Shown here one piece after another: positions 24,655 through 37,490 of a DNA stretch of 64,000 bases. This stretch comes from Saccostrea cucullata (lineage: Eukaryota). Position numbers and translations under genes: made by a program. Within the stretch, counting starts at the first letter, position 1; every line of letters begins with the position of its first letter. The notes under the pieces are model-generated. The model saw only the letters and a program-made list of their open reading frames with translations, did not search any database and was not told the origin of the DNA. The stretch spans positions 248,001-312,000 of the forward strand of contig NW_026940631.1 of NCBI RefSeq assembly GCF_032062105.1. The letters run 5' to 3'.

Positions 24655-24850
24655 ATACTACCTGCAGTGTTTGCATAATTTTCCCATTCATGAACTAACT
24701 TTTACTATTCAATACCTTTAATTAAAGCAGCTGATATTCAGTTTTTCGGCAAACAGTTTTTTCTAACAGACTAGTTCTCGCTTGCAATGAAAAACTGAAG
24801 AGAACAACATTGGTTTAGAGCTGGATTTATATACAGGCAGCCAACCAATG
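24655..24850 (-). promoter_or_regulatory. Candidate MTHFR core promoter and non-coding first exon
   Basis: Minus-strand TATATAAA near 24826-24833 next to CCAAT (about 24845), CAG|GTAG donor near 24661, and an acceptor just upstream of the MTHFR ATG (about 23172). Confidence 0.3.
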
Positions 24851-25489
24851 AAAATCAAGCTAAATTTAGTGTCGTGCTATCGGAAAACCTCAGGTTATAA
24901 CAAGCAATCGATACTCTCAGTATTTATCATAAAGAAGATAAAGAGAGGTGGTGGATCTCTGTACAAAACAAGGCGCGTTATATATCCCATAATTACGCCT
25001 ATGTGCCATAAATAGTCGTCGAAAGATCAGGACCCAAATGGAAATCAAATGGAATAAATATATATTTCAAATATGAAATTACAAGTAATAATTGTATTTT
25101 TAAAGCTCATATACTATTTTTTTTGAACATAATTGCAATTTTAACAAAATTGGTAAACATTTCAAATATCACTGTTAGAAAAAAATACCCCTTTGTTTTT
25201 CAATTTTAACAAATTCGTTATATTGAGATATCATAATTATAACTACGAAGTATTTTTTTCGGTAATAATTACTAATAAATTATCCCCATGGCAACTGATC
25301 CCCATTCCGATGTTTTTTGGAGGTCCATATTATGAACTCTTTCATCATATTGTGTCAAATTAAGGAAATACCGGTATATTGTGAAACTCCAGAAGAGAAA
25401 ACTAATTCAAATAACTTTTTGTCTTCGCTTCGATAAAAAGAGGCTGAAAGAACTACTTAAGGAAAATACATTGTATGCAGAATGAAAAA

Positions 25490-26085
25490 AGTGAAGATAA
25501 AGATAAATCTATAAGCTCTCTAAATCTAAAAACAATACACATCTGCGAAGAGAGCAAGGAACACGAACCCCCGAAATTCTACATTTCCATCGTGAAGTAA
25601 TATTCCGCTATCACATGCTATGGTGTTTACATCTCAAATATCGTTATGCTGTTTCACTTCACAACTTATTCAATATCCAAGAGCAAGCTCCGAGTCCGAT
25701 CATTTTTTAACCGAGGCAGGCTACTGACAGATAAGTTGATGTTAAAGGACATTAACAGCCTCGTTTAAAGTCGGTGTTTTATAAACTCTATGATCGTTAT
25801 ATTGACCTTATTAGCCAATATAATCTAATATTGAGTAATTGAGTACCAATTGTTAGGCCTTTGTTTTTATACTGAATTTGATTACGAAATGTTAGTTTCT
25901 TCTACCTGATCAATATAGGGTTAACGGCGAATGTGACCGGACGACAGGGGATGCTCACTCCTTATAGACACCTGATTCCACCTCTGTGATTCTCAAGGAT
26001 CCGTGTTTATACCCCCTTCACAGACTGACTTACTGGTAATAGAGTTTTTGAGATCGATCACTGTTCGTTTATAATCTTTACCCTT
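25490..26085. mobile_element. Naiad-type Penelope-like element 3' fragments in inverted arrangement
   Basis: Decayed C-terminal RT sequence (YGVYIS..; LLTDKLML..; LKSVFYKLYDRY.DL) on +, preceded by a short minus-oriented 3' end. Similar to 28040-28560. Confidence 0.6.
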
Positions 26086-26114
26086 TTCATTCATAGAGAA
26101 TATTCCTTTTTGAA

Positions 26115-27102
26115 TACTATACACCCGTAAGCGAAGATTGAGGGTATATAGTTTTTGCCCTGTCCGTCCGTCTGTCTGTTTAACGATTTCCCCGCAAAAC
26201 ATTTTAACATCGACCTTAACTTTTGAACTGTTGGAGCTATATATGTGTCTCATATTTCACATTTGTATTCCTTGTGACAAGACATTTCTTTGAGTACCAA
26301 CATATTTGACTTTTGACCTTGGAGTTTGACCCAACATTGCAAGAAATAACCCAATTTTATATTAACCACGGCAGTAACTCTTGAACAGTTGGTGCTAAGG
26401 TTTTCATACTTCACATGCATATTTGTATTCATTGTGATGTGTCCCTTCCATGGATATCATACATTGTATTTAATTTTTTTTTTACCGTGACCTTTGAGTT
26501 TGACCCACTTTAAAATTGTATATAACCTTTGAACAATTAGAACTAGGTCTTTTATATTTCACAGATGTATTCCATGTGACAAGGCCTTCCTTTTGATACC
26601 AACAACTTTGATCTTACCTTGGAGTTTGACCCACTTTTAAAGATCTTTAACCCTGGCCATAACTTCTGATCAGTTGGTGCTAGGACTTAAATATTGCACA
26701 GGTATAATATTCACTGAGAACAAATCCTTCCTTTGGGTAACAACATTTTTCAACCCTTGACCTCGAGAGTTTGATTTATAATTAAGAGACTTTAGCATTT
26801 TATTGCCAAAAGCTGTTATACGGGGACATCGGTGTGACGGTGTCAAAAACACATCTTGTTATACCCCCGCTTGAAAAGCGGGAGGGTATATAGTAATCGT
26901 TAACCCTTGACCGTCCGAGAGTTTGATATCCGCAACGCCTTATACCATGAATGAAATTTGATGAAACTTTCACAGAAAACTTTATTTTATTGCCAAATTT
27001 TAGCTGACATATATTTTGGATTTTCCGGCAAAACATGGACCTGCCATTTTATTCATATGGGAGGCGGGGGGTATCATTTAGTGAGCTCAACACATCTTGT
27101 TT
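26115..27102. mobile_element. Two adjacent Helentron/HINE-like elements
   Basis: TATACACCCG..GGGTATATAG hairpin, (GTCC/GTCT)n and GACCTTGGAGTTTGACCC repeats ending ACACATCTTGTT at 26860. A second element ATACCCCCGC..GCGGGAGGGTATA ends ACACATCTTGTT near 27101. Confidence 0.6.
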
Positions 27103-28039
27103 TTAATAATAGTTGACAAATCATTTACATAAACTGATTTTGATTTTTAAAATAAATTTATGAGGAAAAAATCTCGTAGTAAGCAAAGTGCTCCCACTTA
27201 AAAACGTTTATGTCAACTTTAGCGTAATGCAAACATTCCTCTGAAACACGGGGCAATACTACGGTGTACCGAGAGGGTCAATCTCTTCTTTGTTTTAAGG
27301 CCGGTGAATTTGCAAGCATACTGTGGCGACTAAACGAGAGAAGAAAAAACGAGGGAGCAGTCATCTCAAAGCAAAGATGATGCAAATGCCGCATTGTTAC
27401 CCCTCACCTTCTCATTGACTTGCCCTGTCGCTATTGCATTCTTGCCTTTTGCCCTTGGTTCATTCAATGTCGCCTCCCCCCTCTCACCTCCCTCCCTACG
27501 TCGTCTCCCTCATTTTGGTGTCCCCGCTCCGTGCCCACCTCCCCAGTCGTCGCCCTTCTTATCTTGGTCCCGTTTCCTGGCCGAGGAGAACGAATGACCC
27601 TATCTGTACACCGTACTGTGCAAATTTAACTTTTTATCATTGAAACGCGCGATAAATCACTGTTCATCCACTTTTCATTTGAAAAGCTGGAAGTAATTTA
27701 ATTTTGTTTACCTGGAACTATTTTTGAGCTGTGTTTCAAACCAGGTGAGTGAATCTATACCCCGAAAAAAATGGTATGATTGTTAAACTTGTAGATTCTA
27801 TCTTGTTTCTTCAATAAAGCAAGCAGAGTACATTTAGTGCAACAAAAAAAGTCTACATTGTTAAAACATGTTGCTTTGATATACATTTTTGCATGCATAA
27901 ACTTGAAATTCAGACATAAAGTAACAATGCAGTACCAGTGTTTAGGAATAAGGAAAATAAAGATGTAAACCTCTGCAACGCTACCTACAACCATAAACTA
28001 TTAATAAGCGATGCACCCTCCGAAATATAAACGAATGAA

Positions 28040-29700
28040 ATATGTGGAGATAACAAACAGTATTCGAGCTCAAAAGTCCATTAAACATTACAAAATAAGA
28101 GCGGAACAAACACCTACCTCTAAAACATCAGAGGTGGGATCATGTGCAATGGAGGAGTGAGTATCCCCTGTCGACCAGTCACACCCGCTGTGTGCTCCAT
28201 GTCATGTTCGGGGAAAAAACGAAAAAAATATCCCTGGACAACTCCGTGCATGTATAAATAATGGTCAAACAATCAGTATGAAAAAAATCAGTCAGCATTT
28301 GACGTAAATTGTATTTCCTGACAAGGTCATTGTATCGACTATAGAACTTACGAAATGATGACTTTAAACGAAACTGCTGATATTCTTGCTTCATCAATTT
28401 GTTTGTCAATAACTTACCTCGTTTTCGAAATCGTTCCTACGTAGAGCATGCTCTTCCGTATTATATAAACTCCGTATGAGGTGAAAAAGGTATATATTGC
28501 TGCATAAATAAGGGAGTTGCGTTTGAAAAGTTATAGTCATCACGTTTATCATATAGTTTTTTCAAGTTTCAAGTTTTTATTTAAGACCCCAAACTGAGGT
28601 ATATGAATACAGATAATACAAGGTTTTAACATATACTAGTAAACAAAAATATATGGATGAATGAGTGGCACTAATGTTATTTACGATGCACATGTATACT
28701 TCAAAACATGTCCCTCTCCTTGTAAAAAAAACTATAATTATGTATTATAAGAGGAACAAAGATCACAAATACGATCATCTCTGTCAACTCTCCATAAGCG
28801 ATCTTTTTTAATACGAAATCTGTGATTCATACATCTAAATTTACATAAAGCTTTTCTCAAATCCTTGGGTAGATATATCAAATAATTTTCAAAATAATGT
28901 TCTAATAAATTTGAATATCCTATAATGTTGTCATATTTGGATGCTTTTTACAAGAAATTAAAAAAATCCAAATATGTAAGTGTTTCTAAGAATGGAAATA
29001 ATTATTGTTATATGACAATAAGTCGTCGGTATATCTAGATGTCGAGTTGATGACCACATTTTTAAGTTAAAGATTTGTAACAAATTCTACTTCATATGAA
29101 TACAAAAAAGGTCTGTTTACAACGAGTACCCATGGGATTTTCAATAGATTGGTGGAAGAGCTGGTCTCCAAAAATCACATAGATATTGTCGATTAGAAAC
29201 TCGAGCATCTTTTTAATATCAACTTCAGAGTATTTGTGTGTAAAATCAAAATGTTTTTAACAAAGTAATTTTGAAAATGACCAATGACAAGTTAAAAGAA
29301 TTTATGAGTACCGTTTTTGTTGTAAAAGCAGTTGTCAATGATTTTAGAAAGCCTGGACTTTAATTTATCGTATAGGAAATAGTTGTATATAAAGTTGAAT
29401 CGAAAGTTTTTATGTATTTGAATTGGGTAAAATTGTGTGATTTTAAATGTTCCAAAAGTTCCTTTGAATTTTTAGTATCCACATCTGATTTACAAAACTT
29501 AAATTCTCGAATATATTGTTGAACAGTACTCTAGAAGTTTCTCCTTCACCACTGTCAATATCTTAGTGAGGAGTAAAGAAAGCGGCTTGGTTGAACATTT
29601 ACTGGAACTCGCTCTGTATCTTTGTTTGTAAGGATTTATATGAAGTTTCCGTATCCAATATAAATATGGTAATAAAAATAAAAAAAAATTAAGCATTGTC
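28040..29700 (-). mobile_element. Decayed Naiad-type Penelope-like retroelement (RT fragments)
   Basis: LYWIRKLHINPYKQRY..SSKCSTKPLSLLLTKILT.VKEKL and TNKLMKQEYQQFRLKSSFRKFYSRYNDL; multiple stops and frameshifts. Confidence 0.8.
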
Positions 29701-30369
29701 CTTCATGATTCGATGGAACGAACAAGTACAATGTGAAAATCGAAATAAGGACTGGAGCACAGGTACCTAAGTTACTTATTTTTCTTATATTAAAAAAATT
29801 ATAACCTCATATCTATAATATATTTTTGTTATGGCGTTAATTTTTGTTATTAATTAAAAATAAGTAAAGTAAGGTGTTTGTGGACTGGAGATATGAATTA
29901 TAATTGTATTTCAAGATTCCCTTCCCAAGCAATAGATCTAATATCCCGTAACTTAGAGCTCGTTTAAATTAAACTCAATGTAATTAAGTTTACAGAAGAA
30001 CTTTCGCTTAGTTGTATTTATTGTCCCTTTCGCTAGCTACGCCGTAGGAATACAAATTAAAATTGAGGCGTTTTAAACAGAGTTCAAAATAAAAATTATA
30101 TATAGAAAAAAATGGATACTTGTATGTCAAAATTTGAATTGAAAATTATATAAATTTTGTTGAGCACAAGGGTTATCTTTTATGTCTCGAGATTTTTCAA
30201 TCGTTTGATAGGACGAAAATAACACATGACGAAGATATCCCAGTAAACGCATAAGAAAAAAAATCCAGTATACAGTATACACATACTCTATATATTCAAG
30301 GAGTATATTACTGGTATTAGCTTTGTATGAAGATAAAATCGATTTAAGATTAGCAATAAGTTCAGATGA

Positions 30370-31150
30370 AACATGGAGATGACGAACAGTATTCAAGATC
30401 AAAAGTCCATAAAACAATACAAAATAGGAGCAGAGCAAACACGGACCTCCAAAACACCAGAGGTGGAATCAGATGCCAATCCCCTACCGGTCAAGCCGTG
30501 TGCTCCTTTTCATGATCAAGAAATAACGGAAAAATCTGTCGTCAATTCAGTGTATAAAGAATGGACTTACATTTAGTATGAAAAACGGCAGTCAGCATTT
30601 GACTTAATGATAAATTGTATTTGCAGACAAGGTCATTGTATCGACCATAGAACTTACGAAATGATGACTTTAACAAAATTGCTGAAATTCTTGCCTCATC
30701 AACTTGTTTGTCAATAATTTACCTCGTTTTAGAAATTGTTCATATGTAGAACATGTTCTTGCGTATCGAATCAACTGAGATATATAAACCTCTTATGCAG
30801 GTGATGAAGGGATATTGCTGCATAAGTAAGGGAACTTGAAGATAGTAAAGTTAAGTAAAATATCCAATCATGAAACAGATGTGTCAGACTCTGTGGTATG
30901 TCTTATCTCAAGCTCACTAGGATACATCGTATTGACATAAGAATGGAAATTACCATTGTTAATTGACAGTACGTCGTCGATATATCTAAATGTCGAGTTG
31001 ATGGCCACAGCAATGGTTTTCTTCTTTTCACGCATAAGATTTTGGACAAATTCTGCTTCATATGAATACAAATATAGGTCTGCTAATAACGGGGCGCAAT
31101 TTGTATCCATGGGAATTCCATTAGATTGTTGGAAGACCTGGTCTCCAAAT
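30370..31150 (-). mobile_element. Second decayed Naiad-type Penelope-like fragment (RT core to 3' end)
   Basis: GIPMDTNCAPLLADLYLYSYEAEF..TFRYIDDVLSINN..YPSELEI..TTES. Confidence 0.85.
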
Positions 31151-31359
31151 ATACTTTTTTCATTATCTTAATTAGTATTAGAAGTTACAAATGGTATAGA
31201 TAATGTACTGATCTATAATATCTTACACTTTATATTCGCAAAGAAACTAGAGTTTTAAAGGTAAAATGCATGAATTTGAATTTCTCCCAACGCTTTTGAA
31301 ATTTTTTATTTTTACCATTGAACGGGTCAAACGCGTGACGCAGGGGATAGATCGTCTGT

Positions 31360-31598
31360 TCTAGAATATAGGGGGTTGATCCTTACGTCGCGGTTTCGAA
31401 GCCCACTGCGGAACGTGGAGACCGGTCCTTCGGGTGAGATCGCATAAACCGAGATCCCCTGTCCCAGTAAGTGCTGACACGACAAATCTCAACGGCTCTG
31501 AGTGCCGACTTTGTCTAACTTTGCAGCCCTCCACCGGCAAGTGCATGGTGGCGTCTCCAAAAGAGTGAAGTTAAATGACTAACAAACAAACAAAAAAC
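31360..31598 (+). mobile_element. tRNA-derived SINE with V-domain-like core
   Basis: B-box-like GGTTTCGAAGCCC, core GGTCCTTCGGGTGAGATCGCATAAACCGAGATCCC, (AAAC)n tail. Confidence 0.65.
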
Positions 31599-31636
31599 CG
31601 ATGAATTTACCTTTGTGTTTCTGTTGTAGGTTCAAA

Positions 31637-33643
31637 ATGAGTCAGAGAGGAGGAAGAGTAAAACTTGGATTGCTCATCTTTATCTTTCTTGTTGGCTGTG
31701 TTGTTGTCGCCGTTGTGACGTGGCATTTCACTAAACGCTCGAACGAAAACAACACGTCTTCACACACAAGTCCACAGAAGTCAGTCACTGAAATGAATCT
31801 TGGTGAAACGACAATACAAAACAATTTGAAAATTGACATTAAACGTAAAACTCAAACTGTACTATCAGGACAATTGTGGGATGATAAGTTGCGTGTTAAT
31901 TTTAAGGAATGGTCAAACACAAATGATTGGAAGAGAACTGCGACATGGTCACGTGATAGGAAGTTGGATGTCTCTTACAAAGAAGAGGGCGGGGTTCCTT
32001 GTTATCAGTTTCATTGGAAGGTAACGGTCGGCTTGGAGTCAGTTTTGTCAGACTGTTGGGACATAGGAGACGCACACTGGTATGGCGGGTTTGAAGATTA
32101 CTATCAACCGTGGCCCCTGGAAAAAATGTCGCGAAATATGTCGGCTTACATTGTCGACGATTCATATCAAAAGAAACTGGGTGGCGTACAGGAGAGGTAT
32201 TTTATTACCTCTAAAGGGGTTGGTATTTATATAGAGGAAGACGTGCCATTATATATCAGCATCAACGCCTCAAACGACAGGAAAGTTTGTTTACAAGCCA
32301 AGTACGAAAAATACCCTTACCAAAACTATAAGAAGCTCCTTCCTTCACTTAATTACCATATTTGTGTGTCAACTGATGTGAAATTAATTCATGATTTCAT
32401 GTCAAGAACCTTCATAAAACTTCGACCAACAGATATTCCAGATAGCAGTATGTTCCGAAAGCCGATATGGTCGACATGGGCACAATATCATAAAGACATT
32501 AACCAGTCTTTAATCCTAGACTTTGCAAACAATATAATAAGAAATAATTTTACTCACTCTCAGCTAGAAATTGACGATGACTGGACGCCAAAATATGGAG
32601 ACATTGACTTCAATGTTGCAAAGTTTCCGAATGCAAGAGCAATGATCAAGCAGTTAAATGACATGGGATTTCGTGTGACAGTCTGGCTTCATCCCTTCTT
32701 TAACCTCGATTCGAACGCGTTCACTGAAGCAGCATCAAGGTTCTTCCTGATTCGTCAGTTTGATTCCCCGCTACCTGGACTGGTTTCTTGGTGGGATGGT
32801 AAACTTGCTGGAATTATTGATGCAACAAATCCAGAGGCAGTTGAATGGTATCTAAATCAAACCAAGTTTCTCCAAAACACGTACAACATAAGCTCCTTCA
32901 AATTTGATGCTGGTGAGGTGAATTGGCTTCCAAAGGTTTATTCTGCAAACTTTGACATACCGAACGAATACAGCAAACACTGGGCAAATCTTGCGTATAA
33001 AGCCGATGAAACAGTTCGTCACCAAGAGGTGCGTGTTGGCTATAAAACGCAGGATTTGCCAATTTTTGTAAGAATGCTCGATAAAGACAGCAACTGGGAT
33101 TATACCAATGGACTGAAAACTCTGATTCCTACGGCCCTGACCTTTGGCATTCTGGGATATCCATTTATACTTCCGGATATGATAGGAGGGAATGCATATT
33201 ATACTCACCCAGAGAGAGAACTCTATATCCGCTGGATGCAGGCGAATGTGTTTCTGCCTTCGCTTCAGTTTTCCATAGTACCATGGCAATACGACGAGGA
33301 GGTGATAAATCTAACTCGCCGCTTTATTCAGCTTCACGAAGACTATACAGAAACCATCCTAAAACTTGCAAGGGAAGCCACGGCTACTGGAGCGCCTATC
33401 GTACGACCCTTATGGTGGATAGCACCAAAAGACGAAGTGGCTCTGACCATAGATTCGGAATTCCTTCTAGGAAACGACATTCTTGTGGCACCGGTTCTTG
33501 ACAAAGGTGCATCGTCACGTGATGTGTACTTACCGGGGGGACAGTGGAATGATGTTCTTAGAGGGGGAGTCAAACAAGGAGGCTGGTATAGAAACTACAA
33601 GGCTGACCTTCATGAGCTTCCTTATTTCATACGGAATAATTAG
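31637..33643 (+). CDS. MYORG: Myogenesis-regulating glycosidase-like GH31 family glycosidase, type II membrane protein, 668 aa, single coding exon
   Basis: N-terminal TM segment; PIWSTW, LEIDDDW, FKFDAGE (nucleophile), RMLDKDSNW (acid/base), LPDMIGGN, GAPIVRPLWW and FLLGNDILVAPVL. Acceptor TAG at 31627-31629 favours ATG 31637. AATAAA near 33660; candidate upstream donor CAG|GTGAGT at 27744. Confidence 0.9.
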   Translation: MSQRGGRVKLGLLIFIFLVGCVVVAVVTWHFTKRSNENNTSSHTSPQKSVTEMNLGETTIQNNLKIDIKRKTQTVLSGQLWDDKLRVNFKEWSNTNDWKRTATWSRDRKLDVSYKEEGGVPCYQFHWKVTVGLESVLSDCWDIGDAHWYGGFEDYYQPWPLEKMSRNMSAYIVDDSYQKKLGGVQERYFITSKGVGIYIEEDVPLYISINASNDRKVCLQAKYEKYPYQNYKKLLPSLNYHICVSTDVKLIHDFMSRTFIKLRPTDIPDSSMFRKPIWSTWAQYHKDINQSLILDFANNIIRNNFTHSQLEIDDDWTPKYGDIDFNVAKFPNARAMIKQLNDMGFRVTVWLHPFFNLDSNAFTEAASRFFLIRQFDSPLPGLVSWWDGKLAGIIDATNPEAVEWYLNQTKFLQNTYNISSFKFDAGEVNWLPKVYSANFDIPNEYSKHWANLAYKADETVRHQEVRVGYKTQDLPIFVRMLDKDSNWDYTNGLKTLIPTALTFGILGYPFILPDMIGGNAYYTHPERELYIRWMQANVFLPSLQFSIVPWQYDEEVINLTRRFIQLHEDYTETILKLAREATATGAPIVRPLWWIAPKDEVALTIDSEFLLGNDILVAPVLDKGASSRDVYLPGGQWNDVLRGGVKQGGWYRNYKADLHELPYFIRNN

Positions 33644-33914
33644 GGAAACTATTGCTGTAAATAAAACGTTATTCTTGAGATACTAGTATTTACTATGCCT
33701 ATGTTTTATTTCGGGCAAAGTATGCCTTGAAAAATATAAGGAGTGTATTATTTAAAAACCTCGTTTCATTGGTCTTTTAAATTCGCATCTACATTATATG
33801 CGAAAGATTTTACTTGAAATGATTAAATCTGTACATAGTCTTGGTATTCGTTCCATTACATTTAATGCGTGGTTTTACTCATTCCTTTGCCACTTGATAG
33901 CTCCAGTGTCAAGG

Positions 33915-34220
33915 TTTTTTTACTCATATAGAAACGTCACCATATACTAGTACCGATGAAAGGCTTCAATTTTAATCCTTTACTCGGCACTTAGGGTCAT
34001 TGAGCAGTGCGAGTTCTTTACTGTGCCTACCTACTCCTACAAAGAAGAGCTTCGGTTAACGTCCCTACGCTCCTTATATACCGGAACCTCTAGCATGCTG
34101 GAGTACTTGCCTACCGTGACACGGGGGCTCGGTTTATAAGGTCTCATCTGAAGGACCCGTAGCTTTCACTCCAAGCCAAGCGCTTGTCGAAGGAACAGTT
34201 GCAATACCTATTTTTATCGC
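33915..34220 (-). mobile_element. SINE with V-domain-like core
   Basis: Minus-strand GGGTCCTTCAGATGAGACCTTATAAACCGAGCCCCCGTGTCAC and 3' part ..CTGCTCAATGACCCTAAGTGCCGAG, also seen at 52290-53060. Confidence 0.6.
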
Positions 34221-34417
34221 GGTGAAGCTAAATATTATCATAGAAGACAATGGACAAAACAGATCAGTAAATAACTTGTTTTATTTTCAATTAAAAATTT
34301 ATTAATAAATAATCAATACATGTATACAATCAAGTCTCGAGATTTTAAAAGCAAACAAAACAAAAGAAAAAAAGCTACATGCAACATGCATTACGTTGAT
34401 ATTCGTGCAGAGTCAAT

Positions 34418-35409
34418 TTAAAGGGCGCTTAGAACTGCCAGAATGTTTTTGGCCGTGTTTGTACTCATAGCTATTCTGGTTTCCGTGGTGTTAGTGCCCA
34501 TATGAGGTAGAATCACACAGTTGGGTTGCGAGAGGAGAGGGTGACCCACAGGAAGTGGTTCTGGGTCAGTTACATCCAATCCGGCGGCGGCAATCGTTCC
34601 GTCCTTCAGTGCGTCTGCCAGATCGTCATGGTTGACAATGACCCCTCTAGATGTGTTTATAAGAATGGAGGAGTTTTTCATCTTTTGCATTAATTTAGTA
34701 TCAACCATTCCTTTGGTCACCGCAGAGACGCCACAACAGATACAGAGTATGTCTGCGGAGCTGAAGAGAGAATCCAGAGACACGTAGTCAGCACAGTTCT
34801 CGGCGTATTCCACCTCCTCCAAGTCGTGGTAGATTATACGCTGCACTCCGAAAGGTTTCATTCTTCGTGCTATTCCGAACCCGACCCGTCCGAATCCAAG
34901 TATCCCGATGGTTTTGTTGATAAGACCCGTACCACACAACCAGAAAGGTTTCCAGCACTTGAACTCATTTTGACGGATGGCGTCAATACCTAAAATACAT
35001 TTATGTAGAATTGTAGATCACGCATACAAATAATAAATACATGTAATATAAAATTGTCCTTCTGCATTTTCTTAAGAACTGAAGAGTCCCCATAAGAATT
35101 TGAGTTGAAGGAAAGAAGTTTGTATACGAGTATAAAACTCTATCTGACGAAATATATCACAGTTCTTACATTATATATTGCAAATTAATTTTTCCAGTGT
35201 TTGATTTGTATTCCTGACGATTGAGTATCGTCGAGTAACATTTTATTATTTTTTTTTTATGGATGCGTTAGGCCTACAAAACTTAAGGAGGCTGGGGGTC
35301 AACAAATTAACCATCAAATTTAAGTTCATTTTTCCGTTGTCTGTCGTCGTCGTCGTTGTCGTCGTCGTCGGCGTCGGCGTAAACTTTTCACATTTTCGAC
35401 TTCTTCTCA

Positions 35410-35440
<31 letters not shown>

Positions 35441-35441
35441 C

Positions 35442-35493
<52 letters not shown>

Positions 35494-36822
35494 AGCCCTC
35501 ATTTAAGGGGAGATAATTGGGAATTAATGAAAATTTGGTGGTATGTTTTAAAAATCTTCTTCTCAAGAACCACTGAGCCAGGAAAGATGAAACTTATGGG
35601 TAAACATCCTCAGGTAGTGTAGATTCAAGTTTGTTCAAATCATGACCCCCGGGGGTAGGGTGGGGCCACAATGGCCGACCAAAGTTTTACATAGAAATAT
35701 ATAGGAAAATTCTTTAAAAATCTTCTTCTCAAGAATAACAAAGCCATAATTGATCATATTTATATGGAAGCATCCTCAGGTAGTGTAGATTCAAGTTTGT
35801 TCAAATCATGACCCCCGGGGGTAGGGCGGGGCCACAATGGCCGACCAAAGTTTTACATAGAAATATATAGGAAAATTCTTTAAAAATCTCTTCTCAAGAA
35901 TAACAAAGCCTTAATTGATCATATTTATGTGGAAGTATCCTCAGGTAGTGTAGGTTCAAGTTTGTTCAAATCATGAGCCCTCGGGGTAGGGCGGGGCCAC
36001 AATGGCCGACTAAAGTTTTACATAGAAATATATAGGAAAATTCTATAAAAATCTTCTTCTCAAGAATATCAAAGCCATAATTGATCATATTTATATGGAA
36101 GCATCCTCAGGTAGTATAGATTCAAGTTTGTTCAAATCATGACCCCCGTTGTAGGGCGGGGCCACAATGGCCGACCAAAGTTTTACATAGGAATATATAG
36201 GAAAATTCTTTAAAAATCATCTTCTCAAGAATAACAAACTTAAGCCATAATTGATCATATTTATATGGAAGCATCCTCAGGTAGTATAGATTTAAGTTTG
36301 TTCAAATCATGACCCCCGTTGTAGGGCGGGGCCACAATGGCCGACCAAAGTTTTATATAGGAATATATAGGAAAATTCTTTAAAAATCATCTTCTCAATA
36401 ATAACAAAGCCATAATTGATCATATTTATATATGGAAGCATCCTCAGGTAGTATAGATTCAAGTTTGTTCAAATCATGACCCCCAGGGGTAGGGCGGGGC
36501 CACAATGGCCGGCCAAAGTTTTACATAGAAATATATAGGAAAATTCTTAAAAAATCATCTTCTCAAAAATAACAAAGCCATAATTGATCATATTTATACG
36601 GAAGCATCCTCAGGTAGTGTAGATTCAAGTTTGTTCAAACAATGACCCCCGGGGGTAGGGCGGGGCTACAATGGCCAACCAAAGTTTTACATAGAAATGT
36701 ATAGGAAAATTCTTTAAAAATCATTTTCTCAAGAATAGCAAAACCATAACTGGTCAAAGGTTTACTTTTGGATTTAAACTTTTCAATAATAAACCAATTT
36801 CTACTTTTTTCCTAGCCAAGTG

Positions 36823-36858
<36 letters not shown>

Positions 36859-37490
36859 TATATGCTGTCTTAAGCTGTCAAGTATCATTTGGCAAAAATT
36901 TTTCATTTTTTTAGTTTTAAAATTTCCTCATTTTTGTATATCTTCATATGGAGCTCTTCTTCTAAAGGAGATCAATATAGTTTAAAAATGACCACAACCC
37001 CCTAGCTCCTTTAATAATTTTGACCTACCTTGAACAATTTTTCGTGATGTCATCAATATCAGTGCCACCGCAATGTCCGCGGCGGCGTCTGCTGCGATGT
37101 CCGGTGTCTTGCAGACCTCAATCCCACGGCGACAACACTCCGAGACGTCTATGTTATCTGTGCCGGCGGACATCGTGGCTACCACCTTAAGACAAGGTCC
37201 TGCAAAATATTTTTTATTCAATAAACAAAATGCAGTTTCTGTTAAAGAGAGACAAATCTGCCAAGCTTATTATAAAACAGAACTCGCTTACCTGCCGCTT
37301 CCAGAACGTCGGAGTCGATCGTATCGCTAACTGTGCAGAACAAGGCTGATGCGCCCTTCACGTCTTTTAAAAGTGTTTCTCTTGGAATGGGCTCTTCGCT
37401 GTCCCATACATCTACAGCACATTTTCCCTCTAAAAGTGACAACGCCTCCTGTCCCACTTGCCGGGTAATGTATACTCGGTGTTCAGGCAT
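34418..37490 (-). CDS. GRHPR: Glyoxylate reductase/hydroxypyruvate reductase-like D-2-hydroxyacid dehydrogenase, 313 aa; exons 37490-37292, 37199-37029, 34989-34418
   Basis: In-phase GT-AG junctions. Motifs ATMSAGTDNID, WKPFWLCG, GFGRVG, INTSRG (Arg), GLDVTDPEPLP (Glu) and ILPHMGT (His) show an intact catalytic triad. Confidence 0.9.
35331..36857. mobile_element. HINE with ~166-bp Cg170-type array (7-8 monomers), opposite orientation to 13280-14738, hairpin end missing
   Basis: (GTC)n start, monomers with GATTCAAGTTTGTTCAAATCATGACCCC, end GCTCAGGTGAGCGATGTGGCCCATGGGCCTCTTGTT. Confidence 0.9.

Noticed and set aside
28040-31150. Possible selenocysteine (TGA) recoding in Naiad-type fragments, as reported for some clam Naiads
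   Set aside because: The fragments have frameshifts and all stop types, so decay explains them and no SECIS could be supported.
31601-31636. Longer MYORG N-terminus from ATG 31601
   Set aside because: This segment is a polypyrimidine tract plus TAG acceptor next to a SINE tail and is probably intronic.
31642-33686. Several antisense or alternate-frame ORFs over MYORG (likewise over MTHFR, GRHPR and the LINEs)
   Set aside because: Shadow ORFs of real coding sequence with no recognisable motifs.
16926-37490. MTHFR, MYORG and GRHPR as a metabolic gene cluster
   Set aside because: No shared pathway or regulatory evidence in the sequence; an ordinary gene neighbourhood is sufficient explanation.
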